Shown piece after piece: positions 1 through 8,703 of a stretch of DNA of 13,993 nt. The DNA comes from Octopus sinensis. Taxonomy: Eukaryota. Location of the stretch: contig NW_021825982.1 of NCBI RefSeq assembly GCF_006345805.1, positions 1 to 13,993 on the forward strand, in the 5' to 3' direction. A model generated the notes under the pieces. That model saw only the letters and a list, made by a program, of their open reading frames with translations. It had not been told where the DNA came from and made no database searches. Made by a program: the position numbers and the translations under genes. Numbering within the stretch: the stretch's first letter is position 1; the number at the start of each line of letters is the position of its first letter.

Positions 1-196
1 GGTCTTACACTTCTAATATCTACACAGACTTGTTTTTTTTTCTCATTATGCAAAAAATTCTTATATACAAACGCTGACATATGACCAACGTTGGACCCCT
101 ATTCGCAAAATTACCGAACCTGGAAAACTATGGTCTGTCTATAGCACTTATTCAGCATTACCTGACACCTTTGGGTTTCAATGACACCATTACCTC

Positions 197-197
197 T

Positions 198-248
<51 letters not shown>

Positions 249-284
249 ATATATATATATATATATAAAACATATATATATATA
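197..284. repeat. (TA)n microsatellite interrupted twice by AAAAC
   Basis: Direct reading of the sequence. Confidence 0.95.
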
Positions 285-360
285 ATCAAATTTGGCAGCG
301 GTTTAGCAATGTATTATCAAAAAGGAAAGCTATAATTGTCATTAAATATGACTGAAGGTG

Positions 361-652
361 TTGGAACGCCTACACTGCTAGAAATAACAGCTAAAGTGTT
401 CTGATGCTGCAGTCAACGCACATAATTGCATACATGAATAGTGACAGCGACCATAATTGGCTGTCCAGAATCTGGCTAGTTGTGCTGACCCTGCTGAAAA
501 ACTGTTAAAAACTGAAACCGACAACTAGAGATATCACGATTGCCACTTTCGCCTGTTGACGGTCGCATTCAGTATATATGTATACAATTATGTGCGTTGA
601 CAGCAGCATCAGGACGCTTTAGCTCTTGTTTCTAGCATTGTAGGTTTTCTAA
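361..652. repeat. Long inverted repeat: 92-bp arms (361-452, 561-652), 108-bp spacer; foldback/MITE-like
   Basis: Manual ungapped alignment of 361-452 to the reverse complement of 561-652 gives 77/92 identities. Confidence 0.9.
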
Positions 653-684
653 TATTATTGAAATGAAGAAAAGCAGGCAACAGT

Positions 685-862
685 TTATTATCACTACAAG
701 AACTGGAAACTGTTTTAGCTGAAGAATGGACAAAGATTCCTTTGGAAACAATTCATACCTCGTAGAATTCAAGCTGTAATTACTGCCAAAGGTGTCCTAC
801 CCCATATTAAAATAAATTTGTTTGAAATTTTAAGGTGTTTCCATTATTTTGGCCAACCCTTG
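685..862 (+). mobile_element. Tc1-family DNA transposon, 3' fragment (transposase C-terminus plus right TIR)
   Basis: Encodes SLQELETVLAEEWTKIPLETI/IPRRIQAVITAKG/PTPY* across frameshifts, a typical Tc1 C-terminus. It ends GGTGTTTCCATTATTTTGGCCAACCCTTG followed by TA (863-864); the reverse complement CAAGGGTTGGCCAAAATAATGGAAACACC resembles a Tc1 TIR. Confidence 0.85.
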
Positions 863-871
863 TATATGCAT

Positions 872-1087
872 ATGTTTTGTGTATCTGCGTTTGTCCCACC
901 ACCATCACTTGATGCCCCATGTTGGTGTGATTATGTCCTCGTAACTTAGTGGATCGGCAAAGAGTCCGATAGAATAAGTACTTGGCTTACAAAGAATAAG
1001 TCCTGGGCTCGATTTGTTCGAGTAAAGACGGTGCTCCAGCATGGCCGCAGTCAAATGATTGAAACATATAAAAGAATAAAAGCAAAG
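872..1087 (+). mobile_element. SINE-A, 3' body and tail only
   Basis: Aligns with the 3' halves of the copies at 3012-3424(-) and 10992-11518(+): CCGATAGAATAAGTAC, GGTGCTCCAGCATGGCC, GAAACA..AAAAG tail. Confidence 0.9.
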
Positions 1088-1721
1088 ATTATATATATAT
1101 ATATAATATATATGTATGTGTGCGTGTGTGCGTGTGTGTGTATGTGTCTGTGTATGTGTGTGCGTGTGTGTATGTGTGTTTGTGTGTGTTTGTGTATGTG
1201 TATGTGCGTGCGTGAGTGTATGTGTGTTTGTGAGTGTTTGTGTGTATATGTGTGTGTATGTGTATGCGTATGCGTGTGTGTACATGCGTGTTTGTGTGTG
1301 TATATGTATGTTTGTGTATGTGTGTGTATATATGCGTACATGTGTGTGTATGTGTATTTGTGTGTGTGTATATGTATTGTGTGTGTATGTGTGCATGTCT
1401 GTATCTGTGTATGTGTGTACTGCTCCCAAAATGTTTGCTTGTGCGTATATGTATGTGTATGTGTGTGCGTGAGTGTGCATGTGTGTGCGTGTGTGTATCT
1501 GTTTGTGTGTGTATCTGTTTGTGTGTGTATGTTTGTGTGTGCCTATTTATGTGTGTACATGTGTGTGTATGTGTGTTTGTGTATGTGCATGTATGTGTGT
1601 GTGTATGTGCGTATGTGTATGTGTTTGTGTTTGCGTGTATATGTGTGTGTGTATGTCTATGTTTGTACGTGTGTGCGTATGTGTGTTTGTGTATGTGTGT
1701 GCGTCTATGTGCGTGTGTATG
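1088..1721. repeat. Cryptic (TG)n/(TA)n alternating purine-pyrimidine tract, ~630 bp
   Basis: Direct reading; source of the spurious Cys/Val and His/Thr ORFs. Confidence 0.95.
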
Positions 1722-1743
1722 TTCTTTTACTTGTTTCCGTCAC
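1722..1743 (-). mobile_element. SINE-A 3' tail remnant
   Basis: TTCTTTTACTTGTTTCCGTCA is the reverse complement of the SINE-A tail TGAC(T/G)GAAACAAGTAAAAGAA (compare 9676-9693). Confidence 0.65.
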
Positions 1744-2280
1744 TGTTTTGTTGTTTTAACTGTAGGGTTAAGAGCTTAATATTTATGAAAGAGTCATGCA
1801 GTACAAGAAAGCACATAAAAAACTAATTTATTAGAATAAGTATTTAAAAAACAAAATCATTTTAAAAGACTAGTTGCGACTAGTCTATAGTTACGTTTTG
1901 TAGGGAAGAAACCTGGGTCTGTGTTCTCTGAGGAGTTATCTACAAACCGTAAAGCAGTCACTCGGAAAACTTTGGCGAGAGGAGAGAGAGGATAAAAGAA
2001 GGAATGAGAGAGTGAGAGAAGGAGAGAAAGTGTGACTGAAGCACATACTGACGTTCCTAAACTTATATAAAAGCAGAAGTGAGTAGCAAATAAATGAAAA
2101 TTAGTTCGGAAATAAAATTAAAAAAAAAACAAACAAAAAAAACATGAAGAAAAGAACAATGAACAAAGGAACGGATGGACGAAGGAGGGATGTAGAGAAT
2201 GGCGGCAGCAGCGTTTGGAAAGATTAAACATTAAACAGTGAGAGATTAGGTTCTTCTATAAAGTGTTAATTAGATATAAA

Positions 2281-2286
2281 GATATA

Positions 2287-2376
<90 letters not shown>

Positions 2377-2386
2377 CACATATATA
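2281..2386. repeat. (TA)n microsatellite
   Basis: Direct reading. Confidence 0.97.
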
Positions 2387-2962
2387 CAGAGGGAGTGAGG
2401 GAGAGGGAAATAATATAATTATTGTGTGTGAAGTTGCAAATTGACGTAAATTTTGATTTAATTTTGACCTTTTTACACGTCAGATCTTCACCGCCATCAT
2501 CAAACCATCAATCCATCAAACCAGTAGCTACCAGCAACCACTTAGCCTTTTCCGCGAACCACTGTAGGCTTCTGGCTTCTGTCACTAACAAAAAGAGAAA
2601 CAGCAAACAAAAAAAAAACAAAAAACAAAAAACAAAAAAAAACAAACAGAACAAGTAAGTTTTGTAATAGAAATAAAGTGCAATTTTTATTTGAAACGCC
2701 ACTGTTCTGCTTCAGAACAGGAAATGAAGAAAAGCAGACGACAGTATATTTATTCAATTTTTTTTTTCTTTCTGTTGTTTTTTTAAAACTTCTTTTACAC
2801 AAGCAATGACGTAATTTGTTTTATTCCTCTTTTGCTTTGTTTTATAAGGGTTCTACGGATTTTCTTACATAAATACAAGGACACATATTTATTTTTGAAG
2901 GGAAGAAGAATAATTAATTAACGCAAGGCATGTTGTCATCTAGTGAACCGATGTTCACCACC

Positions 2963-3012
2963 ACAACAACAACAACAACAACAACAATAATAATAATAAT
3001 AATAATAATAAT
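2963..3012. repeat. (CAA)n(TAA)n compound microsatellite
   Basis: Direct reading. Confidence 0.95.
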
Positions 3013-3423
3013 ACTCTTTACTCTTTTTACTCTTTTACTTGTTTCAGTGATTTAACTGTGGCCATGCTGGAGCACCGCCTTTAGTCGAGCAAATCGACCC
3101 CAGGACTTATTCTTTGCAACCCAAGTACTTATTCTATCGGTTCTCTTTTGCCGTACAGTTAAGTTACGGGGACGTAAACACACGAGCATCGATTGTCAAG
3201 CGACGTCGGGGAGACAAACATATACACACACACACACATACATATATATACATATATATACGACGGGCTTCCTTCAGTTCCCGTCTACCAAATCCACTCA
3301 CAAAGCTTTGGTCGGCCCGAGGCTATATTAGAAGACACTTGCCCAAGTTGCCACGCAGTGGGACTGAACCCAGAACCATGTAGTTCGTAAGCAAGCTACT
3401 TTCCATACAACCACTCCTACGCC

Positions 3424-3424
<1 letters not shown>
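3012..3424 (-). mobile_element. SINE-A, full-length (tRNA-derived head, internal microsatellite, body, (AGTAAAAG)-like tail)
   Basis: The minus strand begins AGGCGTAGGAGTGGTTGTATGG (A-box-like), then GGTTCAGTCCC (B-box-like) and CTTGGGCAAGTG, a (TA/TG) spacer at ~3218-3260, and the body shared with the other copies. Confidence 0.92.
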
Positions 3425-3490
<66 letters not shown>

Positions 3491-3500
3491 GATGATGATG
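3425..3500. repeat. (TAA)n grading into (GAT)n
   Basis: Direct reading. Confidence 0.95.
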
Positions 3501-3660
3501 TAGGGCATAAACGTGAAAATAACACCAGTAATAATTGGAGCACAGGGCATAATAAAAAAAAACTTGAACAAAAACGTATGAACTAAAGCACTACACACTA
3601 TCTAAAAAAATAGCCCTGCTAGGAACAGCCCACATCTTACGCAAGACAATATTAATTTAA
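3501..3660 (+). mobile_element. R4/Dong-like non-LTR retrotransposon remnant, C-terminus of the restriction-like endonuclease (RLE) domain, 5'-truncated
   Basis: Translates as *GINVKITPVIIGAQGIIKKNL...HTI*K/IALLGTAHILRKTILI* with internal stops and one frameshift in an A-run. This matches the P-V-I-I-G-A-L-G ... Q-K-x-x-L-L-G-T-A-H-I-L-R-K end of R4-clade ORFs. Not shown in the ORF track. Confidence 0.8.
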
Positions 3661-3793
3661 TATTATAACCTAAACAAAATAATCCACAAATACAAAACAC
3701 ACTATTCTGCAAATATCCAATGAAATAAACTACCACCAGTAAGCTGGATATCCAACACATTACACAGTCTCGGTTTTGAAAGAATAAATCCAA

Positions 3794-4104
3794 AGACTTG
3801 ACTGAGGTGGGATTTACATATACTGGAAGCGCAGTGGAATGTCAACAGAACAAGAGTTAACATAGGCATAGCCCAGTAAATGTGTCAGGAAATGTCCACA
3901 CAAATCAAACTTAATCGCCCAGATACTGTTGTTAGAGACCACCAAGCAAAAATAAATAAATGCCCTCTAATTTATATATCAGTCCCAATAAATAACAATG
4001 TATTTCTAAAAGAAATGCTAAACAATAAAAAAAACAAAGATCTGGAGATGTCGATAACCCGAATATGGGGTCAGAAGACAGAAACAATCCTTATGATAGT
4101 AGGA
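3794..4104 (+). mobile_element. Second R4/Dong-like RLE-domain fragment from a diverged family
   Basis: Decayed R(H)D.VG.YI(H)WK at 3794-3829. ORF 3880-4149 reads NRPDTVVRDHQAK..C.LI.ISVP.NNNV.LKEM...K.KDLE..ITRIWG.KTETI..IVG, containing the RLE RPD and K..KY motif region. Confidence 0.82.
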
Positions 4105-4189
4105 AGTGCTCCCCAACCACATGGTTCCTGGTTCAGTCCCACTGCATAGCACTTGGGTAAGTCTTGTGAGTGGATTTGGTTGACGGAAA
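4099..4189 (+). mobile_element. SINE-A head fragment with internal deletions
   Basis: CCAACCACATGGTTCCTGGTTCAGTCCCACTGC...TTGTGAGTGGATTTGGTTGACGGAAA matches the head at 11020-11128. Confidence 0.85.
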
Positions 4190-4683
4190 TTATAACCTGT
4201 GATGAAAAGTGGATTCTGTACAATAATGAAAAATGCTCTTCGCAGTGGCTGGACCAAAATAAAGCACCGAAAACCTTCCATAAGCCCGAGCTCTTCAAAA
4301 AGAAGGTTATGGTGACTGTTTGGAGGTGTACTGCTGGACACATCCCCTATAAGCTCTTAAAACCCGGAAAAACCGTTACTGCAGAAGCATATTGCCACAA
4401 AATTACCGAAATGAAGGAAAACTGCTACTGCTCTGTCCTAGACTGGTCAACAGAAGAGGTCTATTCATTCTTCATGACAATGCTCGACCACATGTTTCAC
4501 TAATGACGCTCCAGAGCGAACTTGGCTACAAAGTTCTTTCTCTCCCAGCTTATTCCCCAGACCTTTCTCTCCTACCGACTACAACTTTTTCAAGCACCTT
4601 GACGGTTTCCTGCGAGAGGAGTTCAAAAATCAAACCGATGCTGAAAGTGCATTCAAAGAGTTCATCAGCTCCAGGACTCCTGG
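4189..4683 (+). mobile_element. Mariner (DD34D; Hsmar1/cecropia-like) transposase pseudogene, catalytic-domain fragment
   Basis: IITCDEKWILYNN...KKVMVTVW...PGKTVTAEAYC (ORF 4153-4503), LVNRRGLFILHDNARPH...LGYKVL..PAYSPDL (ORF 4392-4706), then TDYNFFKHLDGFL...QTDAESAFKEFI in a third frame. Frameshifted; no TIRs seen. Confidence 0.93.
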
Positions 4684-4837
4684 ATAATAATTATTATGGT
4701 TTCTAATTTAGGCTTAAGACTTGCAATTTTGAGCGGTAGAGCCTAGTCGATTACTTAGACCCTAGTACTGATGATGATAATGATGATGATGATGACAATG
4801 CGTCACAACATCGGTCAAGGCTGGTATTCCTTTAAAA

Positions 4838-5362
4838 CCGTGGTTTCCAACTACTTATTGCCTTTAATTCCTATTTTAGTCAGGGTTGGAGGAGAATCCT
4901 CCTAGCCATTCGATGTCTAAAAGCTCTGATTGTATTTTTATTATTAAATATTATTAGAGTGGAGGCGCGTGGTTTAGTAGTTAGGGTGTCAGCATCATGA
5001 TCGTAAGATTGTGGTTTCGATTCCTGGACCGGGCGACGCGCTGTGTTCTTGAGCAAAACACTTCAGTTCACGTTGCTCCAGTCCACTCAGCTGGCAAAAA
5101 TGAGTAACGCTACGACGCAGTGGCGTCCCGTCCAGCTGGGGAACACATACGCCATTGAAACCAGGAAACCGGACCCATGAGCCTGGCTAGGCTTTAAAAG
5201 TGCGCATTTTTAATTTATTAAATATTATTAGGAACTGTATATAAAATGATTAAATGTTTTGTGTGTTGTAGAAATATAACTAAATTATTGCATATACATT
5301 TTATCAACAAAACCATATGTGGATCTTCAAGGGGCCATATGGGCCCCGGTTGGGAAACACTA
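4838..5362. mobile_element. Probable old hAT (Charlie-like) MITE carrying a SINE insertion
   Basis: Left end CCGTGGTTTCCAAC (4838-4851) and reverse complement of the right end TAGTGTTTCCCAAC (5349-5362) both resemble CAGTGGTTCCCAAC-type hAT TIRs. Flanking 8-mers CTTTAAAA and ATTTTAAA match at 6/8. Confidence 0.5.
4958..5214 (+). mobile_element. tRNA-derived CORE-like SINE ('SINE-B', possibly OR2-related) with a 17-bp target-site duplication
   Basis: A-box-like TGGTTTAGTAG (~4970-4980) and B-box GTTTCGATTCC (5014-5024). GCTGTGTTCTTGAGCAAAACACTT...CTCAGCTGGCAAAAATGAG resembles the MIR CORE domain. Exact TSD TTATTAAATATTATTAG at 4941-4957 and 5215-5231. Confidence 0.85.
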
Positions 5363-5389
5363 ATTTTAAAGACGATGGGGGAGGGGGAA

Positions 5390-5480
5390 TGAAGGTCAAT
5401 GCGAACCGACTCTGGTGAAATTTGAACTCAAAAGATAATGATACGTAACCGATGTCGCTGCGATAACGATTTTGCCAACC
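5390..5480 (-). mobile_element. Degenerate head of a third tRNA-derived SINE ('SINE-C')
   Basis: Minus-strand A-box TGGCAAAATCG (5477-5467) and B-box-like GTTCAAATT (5427-5419) at Pol III type-2 spacing. Confidence 0.55.
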
Positions 5481-5588
5481 CACCACCACCACCACCACCA
5501 CCACTACGAACGTTATAAAACAACGACGACAAGAAGAAGAGCAAGAAGAACAAGAACAAGAAGAAAAGTAGTAGTAGCAGTAATAGAT

Positions 5589-5621
<33 letters not shown>

Positions 5622-5652
5622 AAAGAAGAAGAACAACAACAACAAGAAAAAA

Positions 5653-5690
<38 letters not shown>

Positions 5691-5764
5691 AAAGAAGAAG
5701 AACAACAACAAGAAAAAATAGTAGTAGTAGTAGTAGTAGTAGAAGTAGTAGTAGTAGTAGTAGA

Positions 5765-5803
<39 letters not shown>

Positions 5804-5834
5804 AAAGAAGAAGAACAACAACAACAAGAAAAAA

Positions 5835-5876
<42 letters not shown>

Positions 5877-6052
5877 AAGTAGTAAAAGAGGAAGAAGATG
5901 GAGAAGGAGGATGAGAAGAAGAAGAAGGAGGAGGAGGGAGAGAAGAAGAAGAAGAAGAAGAAGAAGAAGAAGAAGAAGAAGAAGAAGAAGAAGAAGAAGA
6001 AGAAGAAGAAGAAGAAGCAGCAGCAGCAGTAGTAGTAGCAGCAGCAGCAGTG
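5479..6052. repeat. Compound trinucleotide array (CAC, AAG, GTA, CAA, GAA, GCA) with a higher-order unit
   Basis: Direct reading; the spacer AAAAGAAGAAGAAC(AAC)nAAGAAAAAATA recurs at 5621, 5690 and 5803. Confidence 0.95.
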
Positions 6053-6511
6053 GTTATAATAGAAAGGCAAATGTAAATCTTATATAAAAAGAACGATCTA
6101 GAAAGGCAGACGACAAAACATTTTATTCAATGTCTTATCAATGGATTTACGTATTTCGTTCTGCTCTATTACGTCTTTTATTTACTTTATTCTGAAAGTT
6201 ATTATTTATTATATTTAGTTTTTTTCTAAGAAAATGTTAGAAAAGACACCTTTCTTTAATATTCGTCTATTATATATATATATTTATATATTTATATATT
6301 TATTTTCGTTTCTTTTTGCTGAAATATCTCTCTTAACATTACTTATCATTTTTTTTTACACAATCTCTCTTTTCAATCATAGTTTTTTTTTGTAGGCCTT
6401 TCTCTTTCTCTCACTCTGTCTCTCTCTGTCTCGCTCTCTTTCTCTCTCTTTCTCTTTCCACTTCTTGCTTCTCCTCTGCTTTTTTTAGTCCCTTTTTTTA
6501 TTTATTCATTC

Positions 6512-6665
6512 GTGGCTGTGTAGTTAAGAAGCTACAAAACAACGTTATGTCGTGTTGAGTACCAAAGGCTTAAAATAAGCCCTGAGGTCGATATGAGCGA
6601 TTAAAGTCTGCATGCCGTTGCTACAGGATGGCCCAAGACTATGGACTGAAAACAGTAAAAGAGTA
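6512..6665 (+). mobile_element. Highly degenerate SINE-A (head start fused to 3' body and tail)
   Basis: GTGGCTGTGTAGTTAAGAAG ... AAAATAAGCCCTGAGGTCGAT ... GGATGGCC ... GACTGAAAACAGTAAAAGAG. Confidence 0.65.
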
Positions 6666-6676
6666 GAAGAATAATG

Positions 6677-6848
6677 GAAGTATATTCCAACTACATGGTA
6701 CCGAGTTCTATCCGACTGCCTGACACCATGGGGAAGTGTCTTTTACTAAAACTGCAGGCTGACCAAATACTTGTTAGTGAATTTGGTTAACAGAAACTGA
6801 AAGAAACCAGTTGGGTGTGTGTGTGCGTATGTGTGTAAATATATATAC

Positions 6849-6883
<35 letters not shown>

Positions 6884-7033
6884 TGTATGTATGTATGTAT
6901 GTATGTATGTATGTATGTATGTATGCATGTATGTATGTATGTATGTATGTATGTATGTATGTATGTATGTATGTATGTATGCATGTATGCATGTATGTAT
7001 GTATGTATGTATGTATGTATGCATGTATGCATG

Positions 7034-7067
<34 letters not shown>

Positions 7068-7254
7068 TGTATGTATGTATGCATGTATGTATGCATGTAT
7101 GTATGTATGTATGTATGTATGTATGTATGTATGTATGTATGTATGTATGTATGCATGTATGTATGTATGTATGTATGTATGCATGCATGTATGTATGCAT
7201 GTATGTATGTATGTATGTATGTATGTATGTATGTATGTATGTGTGTGTGTGTGT

Positions 7255-7287
<33 letters not shown>

Positions 7288-7360
7288 TTTCTTCCCCACG
7301 ACCGCTTGACAACTATCTAGGTATTTTAGCGGTTCGACAGTAGTGGTCAATAAAATAAAT
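6677..7360 (+). mobile_element. SINE-A copy with a greatly expanded internal microsatellite, 3'-truncated
   Basis: Head 6677-6810 (CCAACTACATGG...AACTGAAAGAA), microsatellite 6812-7287, start of body 7288-7360 (CGCTTGACAAC...TTAGCGGTTCG). Confidence 0.8.
6855..7287. repeat. (GTAT)n with GCAT variants (~385 bp) followed by (GT)n
   Basis: Direct reading. Confidence 0.97.
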
Positions 7361-7615
7361 ACCAAATTCACTAACTAGACGGTAACTGAAAGAAGCCTCT
7401 CGTACACACACACATGTATATATGTATGTGCGTGTGTGTGTTTGTCTCCCAATCATCGCTTGACAACCGATGCCAGTGTGTTTACGTCTCTGTGACTTAG
7501 CAGTTCGGCAAAATAGACCGATAGAATAAGTTCTTGGGCTGATTCTTCGACTAACAGCGCTTTGGCGCGGTGCTCCATCATGGTCGCAGACCAATGACTG
7601 AAACAGGTAAAAGAA
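7361..7615 (+). mobile_element. SINE-A, 5'-truncated, with a 15-bp inverted 5' end
   Basis: TAGACGGTAACTGAAAGAAGCC, short microsatellite, then body and tail to GAAACAGGTAAAAGAA. Confidence 0.85.
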
Positions 7616-7629
7616 ATACATTTCCCAAA

Positions 7630-7701
7630 ATGTATGTATGTATGTATGCATGTATGTGTGTATATATATATATACATATATATATATACATATATATATA
7701 C

Positions 7702-7752
<51 letters not shown>

Positions 7753-7774
7753 CATATATATATATATATTAATA

Positions 7775-7833
<59 letters not shown>

Positions 7834-7851
7834 TATATATATATAATATAT
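7630..7851. repeat. (GTAT)n then (TA)n microsatellite
   Basis: Direct reading. Confidence 0.95.
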
Positions 7852-8186
7852 TATATTTTTTACTGTTTATATGTTTGTACTGTCGTTACCGTCTTGCTTT
7901 TTTTACCCCTCTGCGAAAAGATCTCAGAATTTTAATTGATTTGCTTTTCGCAGGAAGGAAGTTTTCTTCGAAGTATACGTCTCGCTTTTATCCTTCGAAA
8001 CGTTTAGTAGATGAAACCTTAGCGACTGAAGAAGGGGATTTTTCGTTGTGCTTATTGTCCTGTATATCTTTTTTTGCTTGTCTTGTTCCTTGCTTTGTGT
8101 CTATGTTTTTCGTCTCTCTATGTGTTCGACGTCTTTTTGGTGTCCTGTACACATATATGCGTGTATATGTATATGTAGAGGTAGGT
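7852..8186. repeat. 335-bp direct repeat, copy 1 (unclassified structured repeat)
   Basis: Differs from 8704-9040 only by a T-run length (2 nt) and two substitutions. Confidence 0.95.
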
Positions 8187-8319
8187 ACGTACATATATGT
8201 TTATATATATGCATATGTTCTATTTTATTAACATATTATACGACTAAACGCACGCACCCTATTAAGTAAGATTGTTCTGTTTATCAAGTTAGCCTTGATA
8301 TTAACTCTCACGCGACTCT

Positions 8320-8490
8320 GCATCTTTCTTTCTTTCTCTCCATTCCCTTTTTCGTCTTTTTTCCCTCACTTAACTTGTCTCTTCCTCTCTCTCTCATTCT
8401 TCATTCTCTCTCCCTTTCACCATTCTTCATGGTCTCTCGCACCATTCCCCTTCTTCTCTCTCTTCCTCTTGCTCCTCCTCCCCCATTCCC
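8320..8490. repeat. CT-rich polypyrimidine low-complexity tract between the direct repeats
   Basis: Direct reading. Confidence 0.85.
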
Positions 8491-8703
8491 GTCGTCCATC
8501 TGCGACGATACTTCCGTCGTAACTGCTATCCTGTCTTTTCTCGCCCGCCTTCTAAGGCTACTGGTCGACATTTTTTCTCTCTCGTCGTCCACTTAATCCA
8601 GCGTTTGCAATACTTTTTTCGTCTGGCGTTAACAGCCCTTCTTATCTTGTTCTCCTTGTCCTGTCTCTCACTGTTATATATTTATTTTCCCACTGTTTAT
8701 ATA

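Noticed and set aside
905-1826. Long ORFs (up to 242 aa) rich in Cys/Val or His/Thr
   Set aside because: Translations of the (TG)n tract, open in several frames on both strands; no coding signal.
1867-1886. Perfect 8-bp hairpin AGACTAGT-TGCG-ACTAGTCT as a Helitron 3' end or terminator
   Set aside because: No CTRR terminus at the expected distance and no U-tract; an isolated short hairpin is plausible by chance.
1930-1970. CTGAGGA...GTC as a hammerhead ribozyme
   Set aside because: GAAA is replaced by GTAA and stem I does not pair.
4153-4706. Host SETMAR-like or domesticated transposase gene
   Set aside because: Multiple frameshifts, missing N-terminus, no SET domain and no splice context.
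4958-5035. tRNA gene calls for the A/B-box regions (also 3350-3424 and 10992-11060)
   Set aside because: No closed cloverleaf or acceptor stem; each continues into a SINE body, so these are SINE heads.
5590-5890. CRISPR-like repeat-spacer pattern
   Set aside because: The 'spacers' are microsatellites, the repeats are low-complexity, and the context is eukaryotic with no cas genes.
5304-6070. Poly-Tyr/Phe/Val/His ORFs
   Set aside because: Trinucleotide-repeat read-through.
6746-7935. MYVC/HTYI-repeat ORFs
   Set aside because: (GTAT)n and (TA)n contain no stop codons in these frames; artefacts.
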